Part shown: in pieces, positions 63,043 through 64,000 of the stretch | Position numbering within the stretch: position 1 is the first letter of the stretch | How the letters are laid out: each line of letters opens with the position of its first letter | Position numbers and translations under genes: made by a program | Notes under the pieces: generated by a model | Database searches by the model: none | Told to the model about the DNA's origin: nothing | The model's input: only the letters and a program-made list of their open reading frames with translations | Assembly: GCA_951406725.2 (NCBI GenBank) | Contig: OX597839.1 | Location: 3,782,001 to 3,846,000, forward strand | Source: Octopus vulgaris | Taxonomy: Eukaryota | Length of the DNA: 64,000 nucleotides | Direction: 5' to 3'

Positions 63043-64000
63043 AACAAGTAAAAGAGTATTATTTCTTTCATTTTTGTATTTTTATTCATTTATTTATTTA
63101 TTTATTTAATGCTGAACTTCCTGTAATAGATTTAAAACGAAATGGCTTGGCTATGTACAGAAACCCCGTTCCTCAGTGAATCTGAGCTTTTGAGATGTTC
63201 TGAGCTTCTTTCAATTACTTTAAATATAACAAAGAATTTTTATAATGGTCGGAAGATTTTAATTCAAAACTTATCAAAACAAGACATTTGTTACGATATT
63301 TCTGTTGAGATGTTCTGAGCTTCTTTTAATTACTTTAAATATAACAAAGAATTTAGTAAAATAATTTGATTATCATTCAGTTAGTGTTAGGAATGTAAAT
63401 TGTGTCTAAGGTTTGGTGGGAGATTTTAATTCAAAACTTATAGAAACGAGACATTTGTTACCATATTTCTGTTGAGATGCTCTGTGTTTCTTTCAATTAA
63501 TTTTAAATATAACAAAGAATTTAGTAAAATAACTTTATCATTAAGCTAGTGTTAGGAACATAAATTGTGACTAACGTTTGGTGGAAGATTTTAATTCAAA
63601 ACTTATGAAAACAAGATATTTGTACTCAGAGCCGGTTTCAGCCGGGTTGGTAACGAAAGGGTTAAGAGGTTTGCTTCCCAATGGCAATGTATTGGGTTCA
63701 GTCCCACTGTATGGCATCTTTAGGGATTGTCTTCTACTAAGAGCTCCAGGCCAACCAAAATCTTTGTGAGTGGCTTTGGTAGACAGAAACTGAAAGAAGC
63801 TTCTGTGTGGTGGGAGCATATCCAGTGACATATAAAAAGCTCTCGTGCCACTGCCATATTAAGAAGCACCCTGCACTCACTATAAAGTGATTGGCATTAG
63901 GTAGGACCCCCAGCCATAGAAACCAAGTCAGAACAGCCTGGAACCTGATGCAGCTCCAGCTGGCCAGAAATGGTCAAACCAGCCAACCCATGCCAGTGGT

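Overview
Eukaryotic, AT-rich, repeat-dense genomic DNA. The SINE families and microsatellite load suggest an octopus or other cephalopod (inference). Three intron-containing genes can be spliced by hand with canonical GT-AG junctions and continuous frames: SRPRB (- strand, 7 exons, 11755->1055, 264 aa), ZNHIT3 (- strand, 6 exons, 33991->17893, ~421 aa, with a large acidic 10-aa-repeat insertion) and a DDI1/DDI2 UBL-aspartyl protease (+ strand, 7 exons, 41738->63042, 399 aa; its stop codon lies in a SINE tail fragment). Most other ORFs in the track are artefacts of SINEs and microsatellites. The rest consists of several tRNA-type SINE families, hAT/piggyBac/mariner MITEs, Helitrons (including a PIF1 helicase relic), LINE 3' fragments and fold-back relics inside (TA)n tracts. 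Best leads: a set of minimal hammerhead-ribozyme folds, one with a G3-C8 swapped core in the sense strand of SRPRB intron 1; SINEs carrying tandem arrays of a putative H-type pseudoknot; the SINE-truncated DDI C-terminus; and the ZNHIT3 repeat expansion. All coordinates were read by eye; repeat boundaries are approximate.
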